A DNA stretch of 33,949 nucleotides. Origin: Chitinophagaceae bacterium. Lineage in GTDB: Bacteria; Bacteroidota; Bacteroidia; Chitinophagales; UBA10324. A program made the position numbers and the translations under genes. The stretch is from positions 1 to 33,949 of the forward strand of contig JAHEZG010000004.1 of assembly GCA_023251195.1 (NCBI GenBank), read 5' to 3'. Positions 6,904 through 16,757 of this stretch are shown here, piece after piece (positions within the stretch are counted from its first letter, which is position 1; each line of letters begins with the position of its first letter). The notes under the pieces were generated by a model that made no database searches, had not been told where the DNA came from, and saw only the letters and a list, made by a program, of their open reading frames with translations.

Positions 6904-9900
6904 ATGTCAGAAACAACAACCGGAGAAAAACGGATAGCAGCAGTAGCTCGTGAACTCAATGTGGGTTTAAATCACCTCATTGATCATTTAAACGGCAAAG
7001 GTTTTAAGGTGGAAAATAAACCAACCACCAAAATTACCAATGAGATGTACGAGGCATTGCTACGCGAATTTCAAAAAGATAAAACTGAAAAAATTCAGGC
7101 CGATAAAATCAGTCTGGGAATAAAAGCGGCCACCGCTCCGGCAAAAGATAAAATAGAGGAGAAAGAAGTGCGCGCTGCACAAATTTCGAAAGAGAAAGAA
7201 GATCAGGCCGAAGAAGTTTTAATAAAAAATTCTAAAACGGCTCCGGCAAAAACAGTTGAAAAGAAAAAGCCAGCCGAAGAGCCGGTTACTGTAAAGAAAG
7301 CCGAAAAAAAAATTGAAAAGCCGGAAGAAATTAAACCCGAAACCGAAAAGCCAAGTGAAAAAATAATAAAGCGTGGTAAGGCCGAAAAAGTTGAGGGACC
7401 AAAAATTATCGGCAAAATAGAATTGCCCGTTGAGTTGCCTCCCGATGATCGCGGGAAGAAAAAAGCTGCACCGAAAGTTGCTGCTAAAAAAGGCAAGAAG
7501 AAAGAAGAAGATGCTCCTGTTGTTGAAGATGTAAAACCGGTTGAGCCGCCATTTGCTGAAGTTCCAAAACCGGAACCACCTGAAACGAAAGAGCCACCTG
7601 CAGAACCAACTGCTGATGCTGCTGATTCTACAACCCCCGAAGATCCAAATCAACCTACACGCAAAACTCAATTCTCTGTTTTATCGGGTCCGGTTATTAT
7701 GGGCAAAATTGATTTGGGTTCAGTAAAAGATAAGAAGCCTGATTACTCAGATATTATAAAAGGCGACCGCGAAAAACGGAAACGCAAAAGAATTTATAGT
7801 TCAGAACAAGGCCCAACAAACAAGCCAGCACCAAGTGCAAGTGGCGGCGGAACAGGAACAGCTCCTCCACCAAAACCGGGAGAACGCCGACCATTTACTC
7901 CACCAACATCACAACCGCCGCGTCGTGATAACAACAGAGGAACAGATAATAACAGAGGTGGAAGCGACAGAGGAAGAAGTGATCGTAACAGAGGTGTTAA
8001 ACCACCAGATGTTCCGCAAGAAGTTTCTCAGAAAGAAATTCAGGATAAAATTAAAGCAACACTTTCGCGCCTTGGTCAGCATGGTGTGAAGGGTGGCAAG
8101 GGTGCGAAAACAAAATTGCGCAAACTCAAACGCGAAGTTGCCGCTGAAGAAATGGGGTCGGAAGATGGGGCAAAAAAAATTCAGTTGACCGAATTTATTT
8201 CTGTTTCTGAGTTAGCAAGTTTACTGAGCGTTTCAGTTACTGATGTTATAAAAAATTGCATGAACCTCGGAATCTTTGTTTCCATCAATCAGCGATTGGA
8301 TGCAGAGATTATTGAATTGGTAACACATGAATTTGGTTTTGAAGCTGAGTTTATTGGTGTAGAAGCGCAGGAAGAACAGGAAGAGTTTGTTGATGAGCCT
8401 GAAGATTTAAAACCTCGCCCACCAATCGTTACCATCATGGGGCATGTGGATCATGGTAAAACTTCGCTCTTGGATTATATCAGAAGCGCGAATGTTGTAG
8501 CAGGAGAAAAAGGAGGAATCACTCAGCACATTGGTGCTTATGAAGTGGAGTTGGCCGATAAAAGAAAAATTACTTTCCTTGATACACCTGGTCACGAAGC
8601 GTTTACTGCGATGCGTGCACGCGGAGCAAAAATTACTGACATTGTAGTTATTGTAATTGCTGCAGATGATAGTGTGATGCCGCAAACAAAGGAGGCAATC
8701 AGTCACGCACAAGCTGCTGGTGTTCCAATGATTTTTGCTTTTAATAAAATGGACAAACCGGGTGCTGATGCTGAAAAAGTTCGCAGTCAGTTGGCGAACA
8801 TGAATATATTGGTAGAAGATTGGGGAGGAAAATTTCAGTCGCAGGAAATTTCAGCAAAGTCCGGAACCAATGTTCAATTATTGTTAGAGAAAATTCTGAT
8901 TGAAGCTGATGTGTTGGAATTGAAAGCAAATCCTGATAAGCCTGCAATCGGTTCGGTGATAGAGGCTTCGTTGGATAAAGGACGAGGATATGTATCAACC
9001 GTTTTGGTGCAGGAAGGAACTCTTCGTCATGGTGATATAATAGTTGCCGGTGCAAATTCAGGAAGAGTGAAAGCAATGTATGATGAGCGCGGAAATAAAA
9101 TTACTGTTGCTCCGCCTGCAACTCCGGTTTTAGTTTTAGGGTTGGATGGTGCACCGCAAGCCGGTGAAAAAGTTCGTGCGTTTGAAGATGAACAGGAAGC
9201 AAAACAAGTAGCAACCAAGCGCTCACAAATTTTGCGCGAGCAGGGAATCAGAACCAAGAAACATATTACGCTTGATGAAATTGGCCGCCGCTTAGCGCTT
9301 GGTAATTTCAAGGAGTTGAATGTAATTATCAAGGCCGACTTTGATGGTTCGGTGGAGGCGTTGACAGATTCATTACAAAAATTATCGGTTGCCGAAGTGC
9401 ATGTGAATGTGGTGTATCGTGCTGTTGGGCAAATTACTGAGTCGGATGTGTTGCTTGCTTCTGCATCGGATGCCATCATCATCGGGTTCCAGGTTCGACC
9501 ATCTTTGCAGGCACGCAAATTAGCTGAGAAAGAAAATATTGAAATCCGTTTGTACTCCATCATTTACGATGCGATTGAAGAAATTAAGGGTGCGATGGAA
9601 GGAATGCTTGAACCAAAAGTGGAAGAGCGTGCAGTATGTAATGTTGAAGTGCGCGATGTATTTAAAATTCCGAAAGTTGGTTCTGTGGCAGGTTGTTATG
9701 TAACTGATGGAAAAATTACACGACACACCAAGATTCACATTGTGCGTGATGGTATTGTAATTTTCACAGGAGAACTGGCTTCGCTCAAACGATTTAAAGA
9801 TGATGTAAAAGATGTTGCCACCGGATTTGAGTGTGGTATCTCCATCAAAAATTACAACGATATAAAAACCGGGGATGTGATTGAGGGTTATGAAGAGGTG

Positions 9901-9921
9901 GAAGTGAAGCGGACGCTGTAA
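6904..9921 (+). CDS. infB: Translation initiation factor IF-2
   Basis: 1005 aa. K/E/P-rich N-terminal region. GTPase motifs [20 protein letters not shown] and NKMD. Confidence 0.95.
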   Translation: MSETTTGEKRIAAVARELNVGLNHLIDHLNGKGFKVENKPTTKITNEMYEALLREFQKDKTEKIQADKISLGIKAATAPAKDKIEEKEVRAAQISKEKEDQAEEVLIKNSKTAPAKTVEKKKPAEEPVTVKKAEKKIEKPEEIKPETEKPSEKIIKRGKAEKVEGPKIIGKIELPVELPPDDRGKKKAAPKVAAKKGKKKEEDAPVVEDVKPVEPPFAEVPKPEPPETKEPPAEPTADAADSTTPEDPNQPTRKTQFSVLSGPVIMGKIDLGSVKDKKPDYSDIIKGDREKRKRKRIYSSEQGPTNKPAPSASGGGTGTAPPPKPGERRPFTPPTSQPPRRDNNRGTDNNRGGSDRGRSDRNRGVKPPDVPQEVSQKEIQDKIKATLSRLGQHGVKGGKGAKTKLRKLKREVAAEEMGSEDGAKKIQLTEFISVSELASLLSVSVTDVIKNCMNLGIFVSINQRLDAEIIELVTHEFGFEAEFIGVEAQEEQEEFVDEPEDLKPRPPIVTIMGHVDHGKTSLLDYIRSANVVAGEKGGITQHIGAYEVELADKRKITFLDTPGHEAFTAMRARGAKITDIVVIVIAADDSVMPQTKEAISHAQAAGVPMIFAFNKMDKPGADAEKVRSQLANMNILVEDWGGKFQSQEISAKSGTNVQLLLEKILIEADVLELKANPDKPAIGSVIEASLDKGRGYVSTVLVQEGTLRHGDIIVAGANSGRVKAMYDERGNKITVAPPATPVLVLGLDGAPQAGEKVRAFEDEQEAKQVATKRSQILREQGIRTKKHITLDEIGRRLALGNFKELNVIIKADFDGSVEALTDSLQKLSVAEVHVNVVYRAVGQITESDVLLASASDAIIIGFQVRPSLQARKLAEKENIEIRLYSIIYDAIEEIKGAMEGMLEPKVEERAVCNVEVRDVFKIPKVGSVAGCYVTDGKITRHTKIHIVRDGIVIFTGELASLKRFKDDVKDVATGFECGISIKNYNDIKTGDVIEGYEEVEVKRTL

Positions 9922-9947
9922 TAATTTTTTAGAAAAGAAAAAATGGA

Positions 9948-9978
9948 AAAGCAGTCCGGATTCGGACTGCTTTTTTAT
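9948..9978 (+). terminator. Rho-independent terminator of infB
   Basis: aaagcagtccg-gatt-cggactgcttt followed by a T-run (9971-9976), 27 nt after the infB stop. Confidence 0.8.
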
Positions 9979-10023
9979 TTTAAATGGAGTTTTTATTATC
10001 CTTTTTTCTTCCCAATCATTTCC

Positions 10024-10052
10024 TTGACAATTAAAATAAAAGAATATCTTTG
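10024..10052 (+). promoter_or_regulatory. Candidate promoter of the RRM protein gene (TTG ... TATCTTTG)
   Basis: TTG at 10024-10026 and an exact TAnnTTTG box TATCTTTG at 10045-10052. This implies a 5' UTR of about 130 nt. Confidence 0.35.
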
Positions 10053-10186
10053 ACACGAACCCTTAACTTAATTGACAAAAAAAATATAGTCCGCATCGTT
10101 TTTAAAAAATAAAAAATACTCGCGGCTCTTTCTTTAAAACCAATTCAATAACCAACTACTTTTTTTCTTAACCCAATTTTCAGACC

Positions 10187-10450
10187 ATGAACATTTATGT
10201 ACGCAACCTTAGTTACAGTCTTCAGGAAGATGAATTAAGGGAGATATTTTCTCAGTGTGGAGAGGTATCTTCAGTAAAAATTATTAAAGACCGCGTAACC
10301 GGCCGCGCAAAGGGTTTCGGTTTTGTGGAAATGCCGAATGACGAAGAAGCAAAAGCTGCAATTGAAAAAATCAATGGCACTGATGTGAAAGAGCGTCGCA
10401 TTGAAGTGAGCGAAGCACGCCCACCGCAAGACAGAGAAAAAAAGTGGTAA
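10187..10450 (+). CDS. RNA-binding protein (single RRM domain)
   Basis: 87 aa. RNP-2 is IYVRNL and RNP-1 is KGFGFVEM. Confidence 0.9.
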   Translation: MNIYVRNLSYSLQEDELREIFSQCGEVSSVKIIKDRVTGRAKGFGFVEMPNDEEAKAAIEKINGTDVKERRIEVSEARPPQDREKKW

Positions 10451-10470
10451 TCACTTAAATCATAAAACAG

Positions 10471-10505
10471 AAAACCGGACTGATGTGAATCGCTCCGGTT
10501 TTTTT
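10471..10505 (+). terminator. Rho-independent terminator of the RRM protein gene
   Basis: aaaaccgga (10471-10479) pairs with tccggtttt (10494-10502). The loop is 14 nt and the T-run extends to 10505. Confidence 0.65.
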
Positions 10506-10577
10506 ATTGAGAGGAAATGGACCGCAGATTTATTATGATCGTTATGATTTACGCTGATTAAATATTTATCAGAAAGT

Positions 10578-11324
10578 TTATTTCTTCAACATCTTTTCAT
10601 ATTTCATTCGGGTGTATCGCGCATATCCTTTTGCAATTTGGTAACCCGCTCTTCCATCTAAAAATCCGGCGCGAAGAATATAGGAACGAACAAATGCAAA
10701 CACTCCGCTTGAATATGCTTTTATTAAACTGCTTTTTTTTCCTTCCTGCAACATGGCCTCTGCAGCAATGGTGCTGAACTTTTCCATCTGCACTTTATAT
10801 TGTTCGGGGGTGCGAACGGTGTAGTGCAAAATATTTCCCGTTAAAGATTTTACTGTTGTGTTCTTATCCATCACCACCTTGTCGTGCGGATTGGTGCCGC
10901 CCCATTTTCCTTTTTGCTTATGCCACAGCCGAATTTTTTTATCGGGATACCAGACTCCGTGCTTTATCCATTTACCGCAATAATTATTCAGCCGGTTCAT
11001 TAAGTATGCTTCGACAGGCTCAGCATGACAGGTAATAAAGTCAAGGATTTCTTTTTTCAATTCATCTGATAATCTTTCATCGGCATCGAGCGACACAACA
11101 TAATTGTTTGAGGTTTGATCAAGCGCGAAATTTTTTTGCTGTATGTGTCCTTCAAATTTGTGTTGAATGAATTTTACATTTTTCGCTTTGCAGGTTTTTT
11201 CTGTTGCATCAGTTGAAAAAGAATCAACCACAATTATTTCATCTGCAATTTCTTTCAGTGAATCAATGCAGTCGCCAATATTTTCTTCTTCATTAAAAGT
11301 GATAATGGTGGCAGAAATTTTCAT
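10578..11324 (-). CDS. Family 2 glycosyltransferase (LPS/cell-surface glycan)
   Basis: 248 aa. N-terminal GT-A fold (SATIITFNEEENI), DxD (SLDADERL). ATGA overlap with the upstream O-antigen ligase-like gene. Confidence 0.85.
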   Translation of the reverse strand: MKISATIITFNEEENIGDCIDSLKEIADEIIVVDSFSTDATEKTCKAKNVKFIQHKFEGHIQQKNFALDQTSNNYVVSLDADERLSDELKKEILDFITCHAEPVEAYLMNRLNNYCGKWIKHGVWYPDKKIRLWHKQKGKWGGTNPHDKVVMDKNTTVKSLTGNILHYTVRTPEQYKVQMEKFSTIAAEAMLQEGKKSSLIKAYSSGVFAFVRSYILRAGFLDGRAGYQIAKGYARYTRMKYEKMLKK

Positions 11325-12565
11325 CCTTTCTTTTTTCGTAATTGAAAATAAATCAGAACTAAAAATATCAAGTACAATCCGTTTCCATTGCTATCGTCAA
11401 TGGTTGCTTCGGTTAAATAAGATGAAAACAAAATGATGTGCAGGCAAACAAAAAGGGGGGCGGTATAATTTCGATTATAAAAAAGAGGGAACAAGGATGC
11501 AAACCAGAATAATGCAAATCCTATAAAACCTACCGATGCCAATTCCCATACGATTTGATTGTGGGGTAACTTGCTTGCGGTTTTTATTTCCGGGTCGGCA
11601 TATTTTTTCAGCGCTTCATTTTTTACATCGCCGGCACCTACTCCAATCCAGATATTTTCTTTCCATATTTCTAATCCGTTTTTCATAGAAAGCAATCGGT
11701 TGGCGTCGCTCAAACCTGCAACCTGATTAAAAGAAAAATATTGGTCGAGGTCGTATTTCATATATTGAACCTTTGTTTTTACAGAGGGGAAAAAATTATA
11801 CGCAACCACCGGAAGCAACATCAATATCACCAGCGCCAAAAATCCTTGCTTCCATTTTCGGAAAAGAAAAACATATCGGAGCAATAAAAAAATCGCGCAT
11901 AAATAAAATGCGAGCAACCCGCTTCGCACCGCCATTACATGTAAAAACACAATTAAAAAAAATGTTGCAATAAGAGTTAAATATTTTTCTCCTCTGAATA
12001 ATGGTTGAAAATCTCCATGGTATAAATACCAGCCTATAAAAACTGAAAAGCAAACCATTAAACTAAACCGTACATGACTATATGGAGTTTCCATTGTTTG
12101 CCCGGCCGAGTACATTCCGTTTATCTGATCATAATGTTCAATGTAATTAACCAGCACTGCAATGCTTGACACTACTATCAGCCACATAAAAAAATACAAC
12201 AGCCACTGAAAGGTTTTATGTTTCATGTATCTGAGTGAAATCATTCCAACCGGAAGGAGAATGAATGGAAGACGAACATTTATCTTTTGCAGCCAGTATG
12301 GCTGGTCTTCAGAATAAATTCCACTTACTAAAAAAGTGAGGAAGAAAAGAGAGAGAATAAGTAAAACCCTGTCGCTGAAATATTCGTTAATATTTTCCCT
12401 CACATTTTTGTTAACTAAAGTATTAGCAACTAATAGCCCCATGCTTATACTTTGCAGCGCGTGCGAAAAAATTAAGCCCGCAAAAAGCATAAGCATAAAT
12501 AACAAACTCAACTTATAATGGTCGGGTTGGCGGTTAGTGGTAAAAAGTGATAAAATGAAATTCAT
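11321..12565 (-). CDS. O-antigen ligase (Wzy_C) family polytopic membrane protein
   Basis: 414 aa with about 10-12 hydrophobic segments and one larger loop. Translationally coupled to the GT2 gene. Confidence 0.7.
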   Translation of the reverse strand: MNFILSLFTTNRQPDHYKLSLLFMLMLFAGLIFSHALQSISMGLLVANTLVNKNVRENINEYFSDRVLLILSLFFLTFLVSGIYSEDQPYWLQKINVRLPFILLPVGMISLRYMKHKTFQWLLYFFMWLIVVSSIAVLVNYIEHYDQINGMYSAGQTMETPYSHVRFSLMVCFSVFIGWYLYHGDFQPLFRGEKYLTLIATFFLIVFLHVMAVRSGLLAFYLCAIFLLLRYVFLFRKWKQGFLALVILMLLPVVAYNFFPSVKTKVQYMKYDLDQYFSFNQVAGLSDANRLLSMKNGLEIWKENIWIGVGAGDVKNEALKKYADPEIKTASKLPHNQIVWELASVGFIGFALFWFASLFPLFYNRNYTAPLFVCLHIILFSSYLTEATIDDSNGNGLYLIFLVLIYFQLRKKKG

Positions 12566-12609
12566 TAATTAGATTGTAAAATAAACCCGAATTCAACTAT
12601 TTTTAAATC

Positions 12610-13188
12610 GTGACTGCTGAAGAAATAATTAAAAAAGAAAACGAATTGTTGTTTGAGCGGGAGTTTTTCCCGCATGCCGATGCATTGTACAATTTTGCTT
12701 ATCATTTAACTTACAACGAAGATGATGCAAATGATCTTGTTCAGGATACCTTTTTAAAATCGTATCGGTTTATAAATTCTTATGAGAAAGGAACGAATGC
12801 AAAGGCTTGGCTGTTCAAAATTCTCAAGAACAGTTTCATTAATGAGTATCGTAAAAAAGCGCGCACTCCACATGAAGTTGACTACGAAGATTACATTGCC
12901 TACCATGATAGCGATGAAGCTTCAGGAATAGGCAGCCTTGATTTGCGCACAAATGTTTTTCAAAACATGATGGGCGACGAAATCACAACGGCCATTAATT
13001 CGTTGCCTGCCGATTTCAGAACTGTGGTGCTATTGTGTGATGTGGAAGATTTTACTTATGAGGAAATTGCAAAGATTGTGGATATACCGGTGGGAACTGT
13101 TCGTTCACGCTTGCATCGTTCACGCAATATGCTGAAAGAAAAATTACGCAATTACGCAAATACAAAAGGCATAAAAGAAATCAGATAA
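12610..13188 (+). CDS. ECF-type RNA polymerase sigma-70 family factor
   Basis: 192 aa with a GTG start. Region 2 is DLVQDTFLKSY...AWLFKILKN. The region 4 HTH is FTYEEIAKIVDIPVGTVRSRLHRSR. Confidence 0.9.
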   Translation: MTAEEIIKKENELLFEREFFPHADALYNFAYHLTYNEDDANDLVQDTFLKSYRFINSYEKGTNAKAWLFKILKNSFINEYRKKARTPHEVDYEDYIAYHDSDEASGIGSLDLRTNVFQNMMGDEITTAINSLPADFRTVVLLCDVEDFTYEEIAKIVDIPVGTVRSRLHRSRNMLKEKLRNYANTKGIKEIR

Positions 13189-13193
13189 ATAAA

Positions 13194-13457
13194 ATGGACG
13201 ACAAACAGCGATTACTCGATCGGCACAATTGCCAGCAACTCATGCGCAAGGTCATGCTTTTGCTCGATGGAGAAATGAGTGAAGCAGAAGAAAAAGATTT
13301 TCTGGCAAATGTTTCCATTTGCAACCATTGTCTTGAGTCATATCACATCGAAAAAAATTTTAAGGATTATATCTGTAATAAAATTGATCGCAAAAAAATA
13401 TCTGTTGATGTGCTGTCATCCATCCGGGCACAAATAAAGAATCAACTCGACGCTTGA
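13194..13457 (+). CDS. Small soluble zinc-finger (ZAS-like) anti-sigma factor
   Basis: 87 aa with no hydrophobic segment, 5 nt after the sigma gene. Cys13...Cys43-x2-Cys46. Confidence 0.55.
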   Translation: MDDKQRLLDRHNCQQLMRKVMLLLDGEMSEAEEKDFLANVSICNHCLESYHIEKNFKDYICNKIDRKKISVDVLSSIRAQIKNQLDA

Positions 13458-14386
13458 ATAGCATTCAGGAAATGAATGAACCCGAAAATTTATTAGTTCA
13501 AATTCAAAACGGAAATTATAAAGCCCTTGCCCGTGCAATAAGTTTGGTTGAAAATGATTCGGAAGTTGGTTACCAGCTTTTACATCAACTGAAAATTAAT
13601 TATCAGATTCCGGTTATTGGTTTCACCGGTCCTCCGGGTGCTGGTAAAAGTTCGCTGGTAAATGTTTTATTGAAAAAAATTGCAGCACAGGGGAAAAAAA
13701 TTGCAGTGATTGCAGTTGACCCTACTTCCCCTTTTAATTTTGGTTCGCTGCTTGGTGATAGAATCAGATTGAGTGAACATTTTAATGATGAAAATATTTT
13801 TATCAGAAGCCTGGCAACACGCGGTGCTCTTGGTGGATTAACCGATAAAATTATTGAAGTGATTGATGTGTTGCGTGCTTCGGTTTTCGATTACATTTTT
13901 ATTGAAACTGTTGGAGTTGGTCAAAGTGAAGTGGAAATTGCCGGACTTGCTGATACAACAATTGTGGTGCTTGTGCCTGAAGCCGGTGACGAAGTACAAA
14001 CCATGAAAGCCGGTTTGATGGAAATCGCCGACATATTTGTAGTGAACAAAGCCGACCGCGATAGTGCTGATAGATTCGCAAAAAATATTTCACTGCTTGT
14101 TCATGAAAAAGAAAAAAGCGATTGGACCATTCCTGTAGTGAAAACCATAGCTTTAAAAAATGAAGGAACAGATGAATTAATTCAGCAGATTGAAAATCAT
14201 CTTTCGTCGCCACACCAGAATGAACGAAAAGTTTTATTGATGGCCGATAAAGCAATGCAACTGATTATTAAAGAAAAAACAAAACACATTAATCGTATTG
14301 AGCTGCTTGAAAAACTGAAAAATGAAATGCGCCTAAAAAATTTTAATCTCTATCAGTTTGTTCAGTTTAATCTGAAAAAGAATTGA
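13454..14386 (+). CDS. meaB: MeaB/ArgK-type G3E P-loop GTPase (methylmalonyl-CoA mutase-associated chaperone family)
   Basis: Walker A GPPGAGKSS, then ETVGVGQSE and NKAD. The TTG at 13454 overlaps the anti-sigma stop; the first in-frame ATG is at 13472 and may be the true start. Confidence 0.8.
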   Translation: MNSIQEMNEPENLLVQIQNGNYKALARAISLVENDSEVGYQLLHQLKINYQIPVIGFTGPPGAGKSSLVNVLLKKIAAQGKKIAVIAVDPTSPFNFGSLLGDRIRLSEHFNDENIFIRSLATRGALGGLTDKIIEVIDVLRASVFDYIFIETVGVGQSEVEIAGLADTTIVVLVPEAGDEVQTMKAGLMEIADIFVVNKADRDSADRFAKNISLLVHEKEKSDWTIPVVKTIALKNEGTDELIQQIENHLSSPHQNERKVLLMADKAMQLIIKEKTKHINRIELLEKLKNEMRLKNFNLYQFVQFNLKKN

Positions 14387-14896
14387 AGATTCTGATTTTA
14401 TAAAGTGGTGGTCTTTAACCCTTTGGTTTTACCAACAATTTTTAAATAAAATGTGGGTTACTGTTGGTAACCGATCCTGCATTTGGTTTGTACTGCCTAT
14501 TTTTTACATCAAGATTTTTATGATGTTTGTAAACCGGAAATTTTATTCACACAACAACATAATTTCAAAAACTGTGTTTGGAAATATTTATCAAGACCCA
14601 CGGAAAAATTCTTTTTCACTTCGTGTGAATAACAGCGGTTAATGATTGATTAGTAGTGTTGTTGATTGTTAATGAAAATGTGAATAGTGTGATTGAGATA
14701 TTGAAAACCGAAATTGCATCGGCGCGAAAAAAAACTTCTACACGAATTCACACCCTTAATAATTTGTAATAATAATTTTATAAAAAATTTATTTATAGAT
14801 ACTGTGGGTAACAAGAAAAAAATCTCCTATTGTAAAAATCATTTTTTTAAAAGAATTCATCTGTTACTTTTCGATTTTTAATGGCGAAAATTTTTT

Positions 14897-15196
14897 ATGA
14901 AAAAAATTCTTTTGTTGATTTCAGTCAGTTTAATTGTATTAAGTAGTTGTAAGAAGAAATGCGGAAGTGGAACTTTGTTTTTTAAAAACATGACTACTGA
15001 AAACATTAAAATAACTGTTGGATATGAAGTGCCTTCAGGTTGCGAATCAGTTTTACCGGATGCTTCTTGCAAAACCATTCTACCAAGCGAAGGAGATTCG
15101 GTGTATTACAAAGCAGTTGGACTTTCATCTGCAAAACTCACAGAGAATAATGTTTACATCCCCGACTGTGTAACACATACCATAAATATTCACTGA
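14897..15196 (+). CDS. Small hypothetical lipoprotein
   Basis: 99 aa. Signal peptide plus lipobox (MKKILLLISVSLIVLSSC). No recognisable domain. Confidence 0.5.
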   Translation: MKKILLLISVSLIVLSSCKKKCGSGTLFFKNMTTENIKITVGYEVPSGCESVLPDASCKTILPSEGDSVYYKAVGLSSAKLTENNVYIPDCVTHTINIH

Positions 15197-15204
15197 AAAA
15201 TTTA

Positions 15205-16599
15205 TTAATTTAAAGTTGGTTGCGAAACTTCAACAGGAATTCCCTGCTTAACAATTTCAAGATAACCACCCTTAATATTTTTTACAATATCAAAACCTTT
15301 CCGTTTTAAAATGGAAGCAGCAATCATACTGCGGTAACCACCCTGGCAATGAACATATAAGCGGTCGGTAGTTTTTAATTCACCAATTGTGTTATCGAAA
15401 TTTTGTAGCACACAATTCTCCGCGTTTTCAATATGACCTGCATCGTATTCCGATTCTTTACGCACATCAACTATTACAATATCTTTTTCGTGTTTCAAGT
15501 CCAGTTCAAATTCTTCGGCATCAATTGTTAAAACCATATCCAGTGGTTTTTCGGCAGTCATCCATGAATTATATCCACCACTTAAATATCCTTTTACATT
15601 TTCATAACCAACGCGAGCTAATCTTAAAATAGATTCTTCCTCTTTTCCTTCTGAAGCAACAATCAATAATGGTTGATTAATATCAATAATGGTTCCAACC
15701 CACTCAGCAAATCGTCCGTTCAAACCGATATTAATTGCTCCCTTCACAAATCCATTTTCAAAATCATCAGGGATTCTGGTATCTAAAACGAGCGCGCCAT
15801 TTTTTATTTCGTTTTCAAAATCTGTTACACTCAGCGCTGTCAGGTTTCGATTCATGATTTCATCTAAAGAAGAATATCCTGATTTATTTATCTGTGCATT
15901 CAAAGGAAAATAAGCCGGAGGTGCTGATAAGCCTGAAGTAATTTCTTTTATAAATTCTTCACGAGTCATTTCCTTTAAAGCATAATTAAGTTTTTTTTGT
16001 TCACCAATAGTGCTGAAAGTTTCTTTACCTAAATTTTTTCCGCATGATGAACCTGGTCCATGCGCAGGATAAACAATCACATCATCATTCAATTTTTTCA
16101 ATTTATTATTTAATGAGTCGTACAACATTCCAGCTAATTCTTCCTTCGTGATTTTTGCGCCAAACAAATCGGGGCGACCTACATCGCCAACAAAAAGAGT
16201 ATCGCCGGTAAATACACAATATGGTTTTCCTTCTTCATTATTTAATAAAAAACAACTCGATTCAGGTGTGTGACCTGGTGTGTGAATCACCTCTATTTCA
16301 CAATTACCAAGTTTAAATTTTTCACCATCACTTGCTTTATAAATTTTATAATCAGTTATAGCATTCGGACCATAAATGATTTTTGCGCCGGTTTTTGCCG
16401 CCAAATCAATATGTCCACTTACAAAATCAGCATGAAAGTGAGTTTCAAAAACATACTTGATTTTAACCCCGGCTTTTTCTGCCTTATCAATATAGGCCTG
16501 ATAATCACGCAAGGGATCAATAACAGCAGCTACGCCATTGCTTGTTATAAAATAGGCAGCCTCTGACAGGCAATTGGTATAAAGTTGTTCAACAGTCAT
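15205..16599 (-). CDS. MBL-fold metallo-hydrolase fused to two rhodanese domains (persulfide dioxygenase-sulfurtransferase type)
   Basis: 464 aa. Metal motif THFHADFVSGH. The C-terminal rhodanese has the active-site loop CQGGYRS. Confidence 0.8.
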   Translation of the reverse strand: MTVEQLYTNCLSEAAYFITSNGVAAVIDPLRDYQAYIDKAEKAGVKIKYVFETHFHADFVSGHIDLAAKTGAKIIYGPNAITDYKIYKASDGEKFKLGNCEIEVIHTPGHTPESSCFLLNNEEGKPYCVFTGDTLFVGDVGRPDLFGAKITKEELAGMLYDSLNNKLKKLNDDVIVYPAHGPGSSCGKNLGKETFSTIGEQKKLNYALKEMTREEFIKEITSGLSAPPAYFPLNAQINKSGYSSLDEIMNRNLTALSVTDFENEIKNGALVLDTRIPDDFENGFVKGAINIGLNGRFAEWVGTIIDINQPLLIVASEGKEEESILRLARVGYENVKGYLSGGYNSWMTAEKPLDMVLTIDAEEFELDLKHEKDIVIVDVRKESEYDAGHIENAENCVLQNFDNTIGELKTTDRLYVHCQGGYRSMIAASILKRKGFDIVKNIKGGYLEIVKQGIPVEVSQPTLN

Positions 16600-16757
16600 T
16601 TTTTATCTGTTTTATTGAAGGAGGCAAAAGTAAATCATTGATTTAATAAGGATTACTTCCAAATAATCGTTAAAATATAAGATTACAAGAAACTATTTAG
16701 TAATGGCAGCGAATAAGCGCCTTGATAAACACTGATAAAACACTAATTATATTCCAA

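Noticed and set aside
7203-7671. Minus-strand ORFs (97 and 150 aa), and plus-strand off-frame ORFs at 7541-7726 and 7835-8089, in the infB 5' region
   Set aside because: These are artefacts of the low-complexity K/E/P-coding region of IF-2 (F/S/L-rich antisense frames, and off-frame products on the plus strand).
9520-10056. 178-aa minus-strand ORF spanning the infB 3' end and its terminator
   Set aside because: It is antisense to conserved IF-2 domain IV and crosses a strong terminator hairpin. Its composition is implausible.
10509-10530. gagaggaaatggaccgcag, which superficially resembles the RNase P RNA GAGGAAAGUCC core
   Set aside because: The match is poor and the spacer (127 nt) is far too short for an RNase P RNA.
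14451-14642. 63-aa ORF in the long intergenic gap
   Set aside because: It is rich in F/I/N/K as expected from AT-rich non-coding DNA. It has no start context and no recognisable motif.
16722-16757. TTG-start extension of the hybrid kinase ORF
   Set aside because: There is no support for the non-ATG start. The first ATG at 16758 precedes the first hydrophobic helix with a normal cytoplasmic N-terminus. Either start remains possible.
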